Shown here piece after piece: positions 37,660 to 49,280 of a DNA stretch of 64,000 nt. Origin of the DNA: Euglena gracilis (lineage: Eukaryota); NCBI GenBank assembly GCA_039621445.1, contig CP154954.1, forward strand, positions 6,459,425 to 6,523,424. The letters run 5' to 3'. Both the position numbers and the translations under genes were made by a program. The first letter of the stretch is position 1, and the number at the start of each line of letters is the position of its first letter. The notes beneath the pieces are model-generated. The model was not told the origin of the DNA. It saw nothing but the letters and a program-made list of their open reading frames with translations, and searched no databases.

Positions 37660-40600
37660 GGGAGCCCGAGGTCCGAGGGCACGGACCTCTGGGCTGATGA
37701 ACAGATGGAGGTAGGACCTGATCAACCCTGCCCCCCCTGCCCATCTGCCTTCCTGGTCGGTACCCGGAAAATTTTCGGGTCCCCCACCCCCCACTCCAAC
37801 TTTCCGCTCGGAATGTTGTGCAAAGTAGGAAAGGGTTCATGGGAAAGCTGGCAAGAAAACGTATTTTTGCCAGACCCTTCACTTTGCCTACCCCCCATGG
37901 AACTTTTGGTCCAAGCGGAAATCAAAATCCAACATTTTTGTGCAAAAGTCAAAATTCTCATTGACACTGGTTGTCGCATTGCACTACTTTTTCGGTTCGG
38001 GTTGATACCAACCCCCCTCTTGGTGAAAGCCAAGAAGCCGATCAAAATTACGACGGCTGACAACACCCCCATGTGCGGTGGTGACTTGGGATGCTTTTTG
38101 GACATTGTCCTACCCCTCATCCCCAAGCACCACTCACACCCCCCCCAACCGCAAAATTTTCCGGATACCTGGGGATACGAATCGGGAATCCATGGTTCTG
38201 ACGTAATCCTGTGATACCCCTTTTTACGTCAGCACCGGCTGGTAGTGGATTGCCACTCCCACGGTTTGCGCACATCACCACTCTCTTCATTGCCCCCCAA
38301 ACCTTCATCACCCGTGGCGTCAACCGCGACAGCCACCAATTTTTCCACACCGTTTTCGAAAACTTTTACCCCGTTACCAAGCACACCAACCAACGTTTTC
38401 CACACCGGGTGTACCGAGAAAGTTCACCCCCTGTTCATTACCATACAAACTTCCGTTCCCCATGAGGCAGGGCAAGCGAGTAGCGGTACCCCCCTCGTTC
38501 CACTGGGTTACAAGACGAAAGCCCAAAGGCCTGAAGTGATCACGGTGTCGAGTAGTCGCCCAGCTGCACCAATACCCTGTTTTCCACCAGATGTATCGCT
38601 TTCAGATACATCTGTACACCCCCCAGCAGCTTCAAAAGCGCATCCCAACTTTTACACACACCCCCACCAGACCAACATGAGCGACCAGGACCACTACTCC
38701 CACACTTCCTTCCAATGTGTGCACTGTAGGAGAATTTCCGCCCAGCCAGATTTCGCTTGTGGATGTTTAGTCCAAACCCCAACACTAATCCCGATTTCGC
38801 GTAACCATACACTTGGTTTCGGTTCGCAATGCGCGACCGTACACCAAGTGCTCCAACAACGAGGTATTGCCTTGTTGTTTGGGACCGCGAAATCTGTGTC
38901 ACATACCTCCCCCACCTCCATCTGGCATGATATGGACTGGGTATGTACCCATCCAACCCATCAACCCTCGGGAATGCCCCTAGGGAGTGTGGATGACACA
39001 CCCTTGACCTATGTTTGCGGATCCCTGAATTGCGTTACCGCTCTTCAACCCGCGAACCAGGTTGACACCTACGCGATGCGCGTATGGAACGCATTTAATT
39101 TTGGTCAATACCGTATTTTGGAGGAATGGTTCTCCAAAATCGCGGCTTTGGCTTATTCCTTCGATTTGTCGTTGGAAATTGATGCGTTCTCATCAAAAGC
39201 GCATGCGCGCTTGTCGCGATATTGGTCGCGAGATATCAACGCATTTCTTAAATTCTGGGGTGATACGGTGCTGTGGATGCATCCTCCCCCAAAGCTTATC
39301 CCGGATGTGGTGGAGAAAATCCTCCGCGATGAAGCGCGAGGAGCTCTCCTCATACCGGTCAATCCGAATGCGGATTGGTTTCACCAACTATCCTATGTGT
39401 GTTTTCATTGGTGGGATTTACCCGCTGATGTACCACTATTTGAGGATTTTTGTGGTATATTATTACCACCTGTTAAAGAAATCATTTTTCGCGTTTGTTT
39501 CTTCGACGCATTCGGAATATCCGATTTGCGTGTGCCAAGATACCTTGGTACGGATGGGGATGCCACACCCTCAACGCAGATTTCTGCGGTCATTGAGAGT
39601 GCGGACCAACACCCCAAGTCTGCTGACTATTGTTCGCGAATTACTCGCGAATTCCATGGTGTACTGGATAATCCAGTTTACGCCTGCGACATCGACCCCG
39701 CGATTCGCGGTCCGTTCGGTGTTTGCAAAATCGAGCTCAAGGATGGCGCTAAACCCATGCACCGGAAATTCTTCCGTTGTTCGGGTGAACGCGAACAGGC
39801 TCTCAACGAGATGATTGAGAAGCTCATCCAGCGGAAGTGGATTATCCCTTCCAAGAGCGAGTGGACATCACAAGCTTTTGTGGTGCCCAAACCCGCTGAC
39901 CAGTCTGGTCAGAAGAAGTGGAGACTAGTGCTGGATTACCGGTACCTGAACTCCCAAACGAAGGATGACCCCTTCCCGTTACCGCTGATCGAGGATTTGA
40001 TCACAAAACAATCGGATAACCGGTTGTGGTCAATCTTTGATCTGGAAGACGGTTTCCATCAGATGCATTTGCATCCTGATTCGCAACCGTACACGGCATT
40101 CGTGACATCCAAGGGTGTACCAGTGGACGGTACTCCCCATGGGTGTTAAGAATGGCCCAGCCATGTTTCAACGCATGATCCAGTGGGTTTTGCGCGATTT
40201 ACCGTTTGCTCTGGTGTACATCGATGATGTACTGGTGGGAACCCAACCGCCATCCGCGAAATCGGGCGAGGATATCCTCGACCCGCATTATCGCGATGTG
40301 CGCGCGGTATTATCCGCGTTCCAAAAGCATGTGCTTTTTGTGAAGGGTTCCAAAATGCACCTGTTTCGCAAAATTATTAAGTTTTGCGGACACATCCTGA
40401 GCAACGGGCAGCGTAAAGCCGCACCCAGTAAGATGGAGGCCATTAAGAAATGGACTCCTGAGGTCATTAAGACCTTAACGCATTTAAAGGGATTTTTGGG
40501 ATTAGCCCAATACTACGCGATTTACATGAAAGATTTCGCGAAAATCGCGGTACCCCTAACCCGACAACTCAAAAATCGGACACCCGATAACGCAAAAGTC

Positions 40601-42782
40601 ATTTGGGATGACCAAATGCGCGAGGCCTTGAATAAAATCAAGGACTTGCTCCTCGAGAACGTGGTTCTCGATATCGCGGATCCATACAAACCGTATGTCC
40701 TGGAGGTCGACAGCAGCGATTACGCTGTTGGCGGGGTTCTTAGCCAGCATAATGCGGCAAATGAACTCCGACCTGTGGCTTTCTTCAGCAGGAAGCTACA
40801 GGGCGACAACGGGAAAGGACAGGTTAAATGGAGCATTCGCGAAAAGGAGACATATGCCATTGTGCTAATTCTCCAGAAATTCCGCAGCTGGATAGCCAGC
40901 AGCTTGGTCCAGATACTAGTGTTGACGGATCATGAGAGCCTTCAACACTGGTATACCGAGGACCTGAACAAGGCCATGTCATCAGTTGGCAGAAGATGCC
41001 GATGGCATGAGTTCTTGAGCCAGTTTAACCTGGTGGTAGTTTATACCCCAGGTCATACGCAAAAAGTTGCGGATCCTCTCAGCCGAGCCCCCTGGTATTA
41101 TCCTGGGAACCCGGATGAGGGTGATGCGACTTTTCATGGCAGCCATGAGGCTGACCAGTTCGCACGTCGATCCGACGCTGCGGACAACATGCTCGATTCA
41201 CTACCGGTTTCCCGGGTGTATCGCAGCATCGCCATTTCACCATTGCGTGGAAGGCGCCGGCGTGGACGCACTGCCGGACCCCGTCGCATTACGCGTACGG
41301 AAACTCCTACCCCCCTATTTTTCCGCGAATGGGATTATTCGCGTGACCCTATATAGTACCATTGTGAATAGACTTCGTAATGGTGAATCGATAGAGAATT
41401 ACTCTCTATCACCATTGCGGCTTATTTTCCGGAATGATTCTGGTTATAAATATTGTATACCCCAAGACCTGGTTGATGATGTGATTTTGAGCTATCACAA
41501 CCATGGTCACCCTGGGGCCCCCAAACTTCTTTCACTAGTGGGTCGCAGATATTGCACAACCCTGAGTGAAAAAAAATTATATTCGCGCTGTTTGCGAATT
41601 TCGCAACGGTGCCAAATTTGTCAGGCTGTGAAACCGCGCAGAGGTACCCCCCCTGGTACGATGGACTTTTTCCCCGTACCACCTGACATTTTTACGTCCC
41701 TCTGCATGGATTTTCTCGAACTTGAACCTTGCAAAGGATCAGATGACAAAATTTACGATTACGTTTTTGTTGTCGTCTGTCGGCTGAGTGGGTACATAGT
41801 AGCCATTCCATGCCGGAAAGCAGGGTTGACAGCCCAAATTTTGGCATCCATATTCCTGGAGAAATGCATCTGCTTAATGGGTTTACCGAACGAAATCGTG
41901 AGTGATCAAGATCACTTGATCTCTTCGCGGTTTTTCACAACTTTGTGCGGTTTACTCGGCATTGAGCAGCATTTTTCCATTATATACCGCCCGAAAGGCA
42001 ATGGTAGAGCCGAGGCAGCCGTGAATTCCGTTGTCAATATGCTTCGCCTTTCACTGGCTGACTCGGGTAAGAATTGGTTATCCGTTCTTCATTGGTGTTT
42101 ATTTTACATCAATACCTTGCCAGGGTTGGTATTACCACACTCACCGTACAAAATTGTTTTCGGACGAGACCCTCCGGCCATAGGGGATATCCCCTCGGAG
42201 AGACCCGCCCGAAGTAGCGTCAGCTGTGAAACGTGGTTTGCAGAAGTGGAATCACTCCGCTCTGCAGTCCAATCACGTATCACAGAAATTCATTCCAACA
42301 AACGGAAATCGTTTTTGCAGAACTTCAACACACCTGTGTATAGTCCAGGTGACCGCGTGTGGGTACGGAATAACCGCACCCGCATGCAATCTTCCAAGCT
42401 AGATCCTCTTTGGCTCGGCCCATGCGAAATTTTGGAGAGGTTAGGTAGTAGCGGGCGATATAAAGTTGCCTTGCCCAACGGGATTGAGGACGTCCATATG
42501 GACGACTTCAAACCGTACCTAAGCCCCCCAGACGGAAAAGCTATCCCCTGCCTATATTTCAAGCCCCGTTCCAGATTACCTGAAACGGACGACTTTGTGG
42601 TCGATAAGATAATAGACCACAAGGTCGACAGGGGTGTGCACTACTGGAAAGTTCGCTGGAAAGGGTATGGGCCAGAGGAGGACACTTGGGAGCCAGCATC
42701 CAGTTTTGTTGGATATATCCAGCAGGATTGGAAGCTGTGGAACAAGCGCAATAACATAGACATAAACATAAACACTTTCTGA
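37660..42782 (+). CDS. pol: Element B pol: PR - linker - N6-adenine MTase-like - RT - RNase H - integrase - chromodomain; TGA at 38212, frameshifts near 40115 and 41350
   Basis: [63 protein letters not shown]...CQIC, DDE core, WLGPCEI; chromodomain [10 protein letters not shown]...[15 protein letters not shown]. Confidence 0.95.
39109..39510 (+). CDS. Dam/DIRS-type DNA N6-adenine methyltransferase-like domain within Pol
   Basis: [18 protein letters not shown]...[51 protein letters not shown] follows the pattern IDLFAS..N...DAF...W...[NF]PP..LI..VL.KI...LI.P.W....W of retroelement MT domains. Confidence 0.8.
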
Positions 42783-42976
42783 AACGATTTCGTTTTGGAG
42801 AATGCATATGTTTTATGTGAATGTTTCGCGTTTATACCCCCCCTGCACTTCCTTATTTCTCTATCTTTCTCGCAGAGTTTTAATTAAGATAGAAGCCTTG
42901 CTTTTTCAGTGCTCTCGCACTCAAAGCGACTGACAACAAGGTTACCCTTAGTTGTCGTCGTCGTTCGGGTAGCATC

Positions 42977-45900
42977 ATGCTGCCTGGGCGCGGACCTGGA
43001 CCAGGTCCACCATGGCCGCAGCCTTCTGGCGCGCCATACCCCCAGTACCCTCAGTATGCTGAGGCCCCGATTCCGGGTGCCCCACATGCTGAGAGGGTTT
43101 CAGCCCGGGTATTCGCCGCGGCTACCAGCAGCCGGTCCGCATATGCGGTACCAGATCCATCTGCCGTCCAGCAGCCGGCACCTCAGCCACCAGCGCAGCG
43201 CAGATCGCGCCTGCCCCCGTATGCGGGAGAGATGATCTTCCGCACTACGGAGACGTTGGAGCGGGCGATGCGTATGTGCGCACACCCCCCAACGGAGCCC
43301 TTTATGCAAGCCCTTTGGGATGCATACTGTGCTCAGTTGTTGGTGGTAGCCAACACGCCTGTGGCTCAGTGGTGTCCCTGCGGTCAAGCCCTGATGACAG
43401 GGAGACGGTACTTCTCGTCCGCAGCCTATTCTGGCTTCGAACCCGGCGAGACCATGATGGACTTGGGCGTGTATGTGCCGCCCATGCTGCAAACGCAGAC
43501 GCCGGTGGGATCCCACACCGTGCATATGCGTGAGCACACGCCCCCACCGGTAGGTGAGGCTGTGCATGTCCCACCTGGGATGACGAGAATTTTTGCTCGC
43601 CCGCCCTCGCCGCAGCGAATGCCGCCGCGCGAGCCGCCAGCGGAGCAATTTGTCTCGCGGTACGCGACGCACGCGGATTACCCGCGCGGCGCACGCGTGC
43701 TCCCAGCCGGACAGTCGGACGTGCCCCCTGAGGCATACGTCCAACACATGTTCATGCACTGGATGCCTCAGGCATCATCGGTCGCCCCTGCCCCTGGCGT
43801 TGAGCCACGGAGGCAGGCGGAGCCCATAGTGGTGGAGGATGAACCTCCCCACCGTGAGGCAGCCCGACCGCCCAGTGCAGCCCCTGTCCAGACTGGGGAT
43901 GTCCCCGTCGGCAGGAGACTCCGTACTATCACGTGGCACCTCCGGGAACCGAGCAGGATGAGCTTGCTCGGCACTTCCTGCAGGAGCCAGTATTCGCGTC
44001 TGAAGAGCACCGGACGAGGTATTACTCCTCTCTGGCTGCCCTTCAGGGCCGTGGATACACCCCATACCATCCGTACCAGCCGCAGCTGCGGGTGGCAACC
44101 CCGGTATTACCCGGTGAGCCCCCGGCAGGTGTGGCAGTATTGCCTGCCACGAAAGCGCGACAGGGGACTACGGAGAACCTTACCCCACAGCCCAGGCGAC
44201 CCAGCCCACGGGACGCGGAAGGCGGTATGGCAATGCAAGTGGAAACTAGCCAGGATACCCCGGCTGGACGACCACCGGCAGAGGCACAGGTGGCGATGAG
44301 CCGTCCTGTTGCCGTAATGCCACCGCCGATCCCTCCGGTATGGAAGGAGCCGCGACCCCCTGCGTCGAAGCCAAGCCCACGCCAGGCTCCTAGCAAGCGC
44401 CCAGCCACGCCATCACCGCGACGTGCAGCAGAGCGGCCAGGTCCCTCCCCAGAGATGGAATGGGAAGGAACCGAACCGACTCCTGCGGCACCGAGCGCCC
44501 GACCCTCTGGTATTCGCCAGACGGGAAAGGAGACAGGCAAGGCCGAGGGCAAAGGCAAGGGAGAAGGCAAAGGCGTGGCCGGCAAAGGGAAGGGTGAGGG
44601 TAAAGGTAAGGGAACAGCACGTGAGGAGGAAGAAGAACCAGCAGAAGTCCTCTCGGACTTTGAGCATATGCTCAGGTTCAAGGAGGAGCTGGAGGACGAA
44701 GGCTGGCGAATGCAGCATGATTACCATGTTGCAGGAAACCGCCCCGTCACTCCTCCACAAGCAGTCATCGATGTGGTATTACGCCACACCGAGAACCGAG
44801 TCAGACTATTCCATTACGGAATAGATCTGTACGCTTTCGAATGTGAAGGTGGCAGACCCTTGCTGGATGCCCAGCCAGGTTTCTGGGAGCTCTGGTTTTG
44901 GCTGGGATACCTCTGCCAGAACTGGGGTCTCTTCAGCGATTCCACTGGTCGCAGTTACCTGCACCAGTTGGGTTTTCGGGACCAGCGTGTGTTGGCCCGA
45001 AGGCTGAAGGCAGTCTTCGACTGTATTCATACAGTTGGACCCCTCGGCGTGCAGTGGGAATTCTACCCACTACACCCCGACATCGAACGCCTGATCGAGG
45101 TGTTGTGGTGCAACAACCTCCAGGTGTGGCTGGTGAGCCATTACGGCTCCACCTTCCGCGTTAGGCGTGTTTCCCTGGCTTACCCGCAGAGGTACGACCT
45201 CTGCTGTAAGTACTGCCGGCAGGAATTTCCTGTCGACTTCTGGGGATTCGGCGTGCGCGGAAGTCCTCCACCGCCTCGGGATAACCCGGGCCTGGAGATG
45301 GGACGCCGCATGCTTATGCATGTGTGCCGCGACGCCCCGGATGTCCAGGGCAAAAGTCGCCGCGTCCACAAGCAGCGTATTTTTATGCTGCAGCAGTTCT
45401 GGTGGCGAGCCTGGACCACCTATGTCATGGAGGTGTACATACATCTCCGTGACCCCCAGGACGATAGGCCTGGTATGGAAAGCCTGCCACCGGATTACGG
45501 TGACGCCATCGAGGGTCCTCCTCGTCGGATTCTCGGCCACCTGCGCCCCAACTGGCACCTGGCTGATATCAGCCTGGAGGAACATTTGCGGCGACAGTTT
45601 GGTGGTACCCTCGACCGGGAGGTATTCATTCCGCTGATGTCTCACCCGAAGGCCATCCTCGACCAGCGTATGCCGATTCTGGCATGCGTTCAGGAGTTCG
45701 AGGAGGGCTTTTTCGACGTCTGGGAAGACACGCGTTACCGCGGCTTCCTGGGCCCGAACAGGCCTGCCAACGCCTGGGTGCAGCCATCATGGCCGCCACC
45801 CTGGCCCAACAGCGCCAGTAGCAGTACGCTGGCCTTTTACAGGCTGGCGGATGCCCAGGGATGCCGATGGCACCCCGACGATCCTCGTTCGCCCGAGGAT

Positions 45901-48457
45901 CTGCGCGCCTTCATCGCCCCAGAGGATGAACCTCTGGCGCGAAGGAGACGTGAGGCGTCAGTCGCTTCCACCACCGCTACTCCGCGGCGGGAGGAACGCG
46001 ACCGCAGCCCCTCTGTCACCATTCTGGAGGCAGCGCCGCCGTCTCCGACAGGAACGGCTGTATCCTTCGTCTCTGCCCCGCGAGCGGCAGGGGAACGATC
46101 GGTTTCCCCGGCTCCCGCGGCGGCTCCCGTCTGTCCACCGGCAGGTGGAGACGAGGAACTCCCTCAGGAGGAAGGCGAGAACGTGGAGGATATCAGCCTA
46201 GGCCAGACGAAGCACCCGCAGGGGATATACCTGTGGCTGCTACGACTGTTCCAACGGCTGAGCCTCCAGCCGAGGTGACTGGTATGGTCGTCGAGGATAT
46301 CCTCGAAGAACCTACCAGCCCCGCAGCACGCACCTCATTAGGAGGCCGTGTGCTCGGCGCCGTAGTCACCGGCATTACTGCCGTGGCTGCTGCACTAACG
46401 CCACGAGGTGGAGGCGTAGCATCAAGCTCCGCCGCTGAGGTCGTGGAGACACCAGATATCGGTGCCCCCACACCCCCATCTCCGGCAGCAGTGCAACCAT
46501 CTTCAGGAGATGAACCCCAGCCGACAGAGCCATCTGTCGCACCGGCTACACCGGAGGATCAACCTCCCGTAGCACCTGCGCCAGCGGTTGTGGACTAGCA
46601 ACCTCCTAGACCGGATGTCGACATGGAAGTGGAGGAGATACCCCCACGACCATCGACACCGCGCAGGGTCCCTGCCGCCCCGAGGACAATGGCAGAGTTT
46701 CTGGGAGCGCCAGCGCCTGTGGAAGCACCGATTCCGGTGACGACCACAGTGCCACGCCTCGTCGGACAGGATGAACCTGCTCGGCGACGGCCGGCTGAAC
46801 AACCCCAGGAACGAGTGCCGACCCCTCGGAGCGTCATGCGCGACCCAGCGGTCAGTATGCCCGCTTGGCCCAGACGGCAAACGTCTACTCCGGCACCATC
46901 GGCTCCTGATACCAGGAGTAAGCCGCAGGCGTCGTCTCCTGGAGTGCGAAGCCGAAAGGAGGCAAACCGGGTGCTGCACCCTGTAAGCCCCCTTCCAAAG
47001 GCGGTGATGGGAAACCACCACCGAAAGGTGGCGCTGGAGGTCAGACTGGCGGACAGCCGAAAGGCCCTACGACAATGCACGACTATTCGGCCGTTGCATC
47101 GTCCGGGTACGGCCAGAGCAAACCGAAAGGTAAGGCTCGTGGTCGACAGGCCCAATCTTCCGCCGGATCGACGGATGAGGAGCAGGATGAACCTGCTTCA
47201 CCTCCTGTGTCTGCGGATGCCCAGCTCTGGACCCAGGATATCCTGACCACACTAGGCACCGTGGAAGAGAGGACGAAGAAACTGGCTGCTATTAGGCACC
47301 AGACAGGGTCACTGAATCGATGGATTCAGCCCCTCTTCGTCCGCGGAGAACCTTTCCACTATGTCCCGGAACATACCTGGACATTCTGGAACAGGCGCTC
47401 ACCCAGAGTACTGGCACAGTACTTTGGCGAGGACTGCTTGTTGGATTTCCAGCACGGCACGTCCTTTGCCTGGACGTGCACCGTGTGCCACCATGTGCGG
47501 CACAACCAACCGCTTGTGCATGTGTGCAAGCGGCAGGTGCAATCTTCGTGGTTCCATCACAGGGCATATGTGCCGAACTGTGTGGCGCTCGTATGTGGCG
47601 AGTGCCTGAATGCCTGGAAGCACAGCTTGAACTACTCCTACAGTGAGAATGCTCACGACAGGGATATCCCTGCCTTGTGCATCAACTGTATAGGAGGCAA
47701 GTTCGTCAAGACTGCTGATGGAGCAGTCACCACCATTGTCCCCCAGCACTGGGAGACACTGGATAAGTGGAAGAAGAAGTACAAGCAGGTGGAAGGCCGC
47801 CTGAAGCACTCCGACTTCAAAAAGGTAGAAAGCTACCGCCACACGGGAATGGCCCGTGAGTTCCAGATCGACGCTGGGGCAATGCGCCTCGCCGTTGAGG
47901 AACATGCCAAGGTAAGAATGCCTTACCTCTGGACTGATGGCGACTGGGAGACACAGGTTTACCCCCTGTTCTCCAAGCGTCAGCATGGCGGATACGCCTT
48001 GCCACTGTGGCCTCCTGAAGAACACGATTTGGTGGACTTCAGAGGTTGGTTGGCGGCTGTATTACGGCCCCATACCGCAAGAGCTCGGACAGCGAGGTGG
48101 ATGTATGACATCAACTTCAAGCAGACCCCGGGGATGCCCCCGCAGGTGCCTGCGAATCACCCCCGGATGAATTACATCATCTGGCCGGTGATGCTGCCCA
48201 GAATTTTCTGGGAGCAACTCCAACGGTATCTTCAGCATCATGCTGAACGTACCAGGGAGAAGCTGCCGGATAATTGGATCAAGGACTGGGAGACCCCTTC
48301 CTTTGATGTCAACGATCCGGAGCTCAACACCATTCGGAGTGAATCAGCTCCGCCGCGTTCCCCACGCCAACTGGAGTTGGTTGAGGACTCATTAGGGGAT
48401 CCCCAACACGACTACTGGCGTGAGGTGCGCGAACGCCCAGCCGATAAAGGCAGGTGA
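42977..48457 (+). CDS. Element B ORF3: ~1800-codon accessory protein of unknown function, with frameshifts and one in-frame TAG (46596)
   Basis: Chained ORFs 42977-, 43933-, 46233-, 46623- and 47075-48457; three domains are homologous to element A ORF3. Confidence 0.8.
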
Positions 48458-49270
48458 GGTGTCTGTAAGCGCCAATGCGGCGTCTTTCAGCACCCTCGTC
48501 GGGTATTCGCCTGACACCCTGTTTGGGTATTCGCCCGAACAGCCCCTTCGAAGACCCTTTGCGGTATTCGCCGCTAGTAAGTTCCCACCGGGATGCTGCC
48601 ATGTGCAGGATTCCGTGCGCATGCATGCACACCCCTCTCCCCTCTCCCCTCTCGCGGGCGTGCGACACGCAGCGCACAGGGCCGACGGCCTCTTTTCCTT
48701 TCCCTTTCTTTTCTTTTCGGCCGTTTGAGGCCTTAAGGCTGCCAGACAGCACAACTTTTCTGGCCTAAGCCAACCCCCCACTCCTCTCTACTTTCCCCCC
48801 GGGGCAAATGCTGTCGCCGGCAGTTGGTTTTGTAGAGTAGGATTTCCTTTTGCGTGGTCAGGTTTGACTGGCCATGCGCCCTGCCCAGGTTTGACTGGTC
48901 AGAGGCCCCCCTCCTTCCACACCCTCCCCATGGGTTTTCCTGGAATGCCCATGGACCCAACCCCAAGTGCCTTGGGCACACCCAAACTGGGTGGATGGGT
49001 TTTCTTGGCAAGGAAACCTGCCAGCCCCATTTTCCCCAGTGGGCTATAATATACTATATACCCATAAGCCACCGCAGAATAGGTGAAACCATTTTGCGCG
49101 TTTTGGGCTTTTTGGGTCCCCTCCTTTCCGCCCCCCCCCTTGAGTGGACCCCTGTGCGACGGAAAGGGCCCCTGTGGATGCGCCAGGGTGCACCTCCCAC
49201 AGACCAGGTCTGTGTCCGAAGTCCCTGTGGCCAGAATGCCTGGTCCAAAGGGGAAATCGGGCATAGCCCT

Positions 49271-49280
49271 GGGAGGGGGA
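49271..49280 (+). other. Element B polypurine tract GGGAGGGGGA
   Basis: Abuts the 3' LTR. Confidence 0.85.

Noticed and set aside
37657-37700. Pyrrolysine/selenocysteine insertion element
   Set aside because: UAG plus hairpin at a gag-pol junction is more simply explained by ordinary readthrough; no supporting machinery is visible.
30745-46598. Alternative genetic code (TAA/TAG = Gln) suggested by in-frame stops at 30745, 33755 and 46596
   Set aside because: These stops are not shared between the elements, fit single C>T changes, and co-occur with frameshifts; the host gene and ORF3 of A end at TAG.
42977-48457. ORF3 as a retroviral envelope gene
   Set aside because: Position and acceptor fit, but no signal peptide, TM segment or fusion-protein features are evident.
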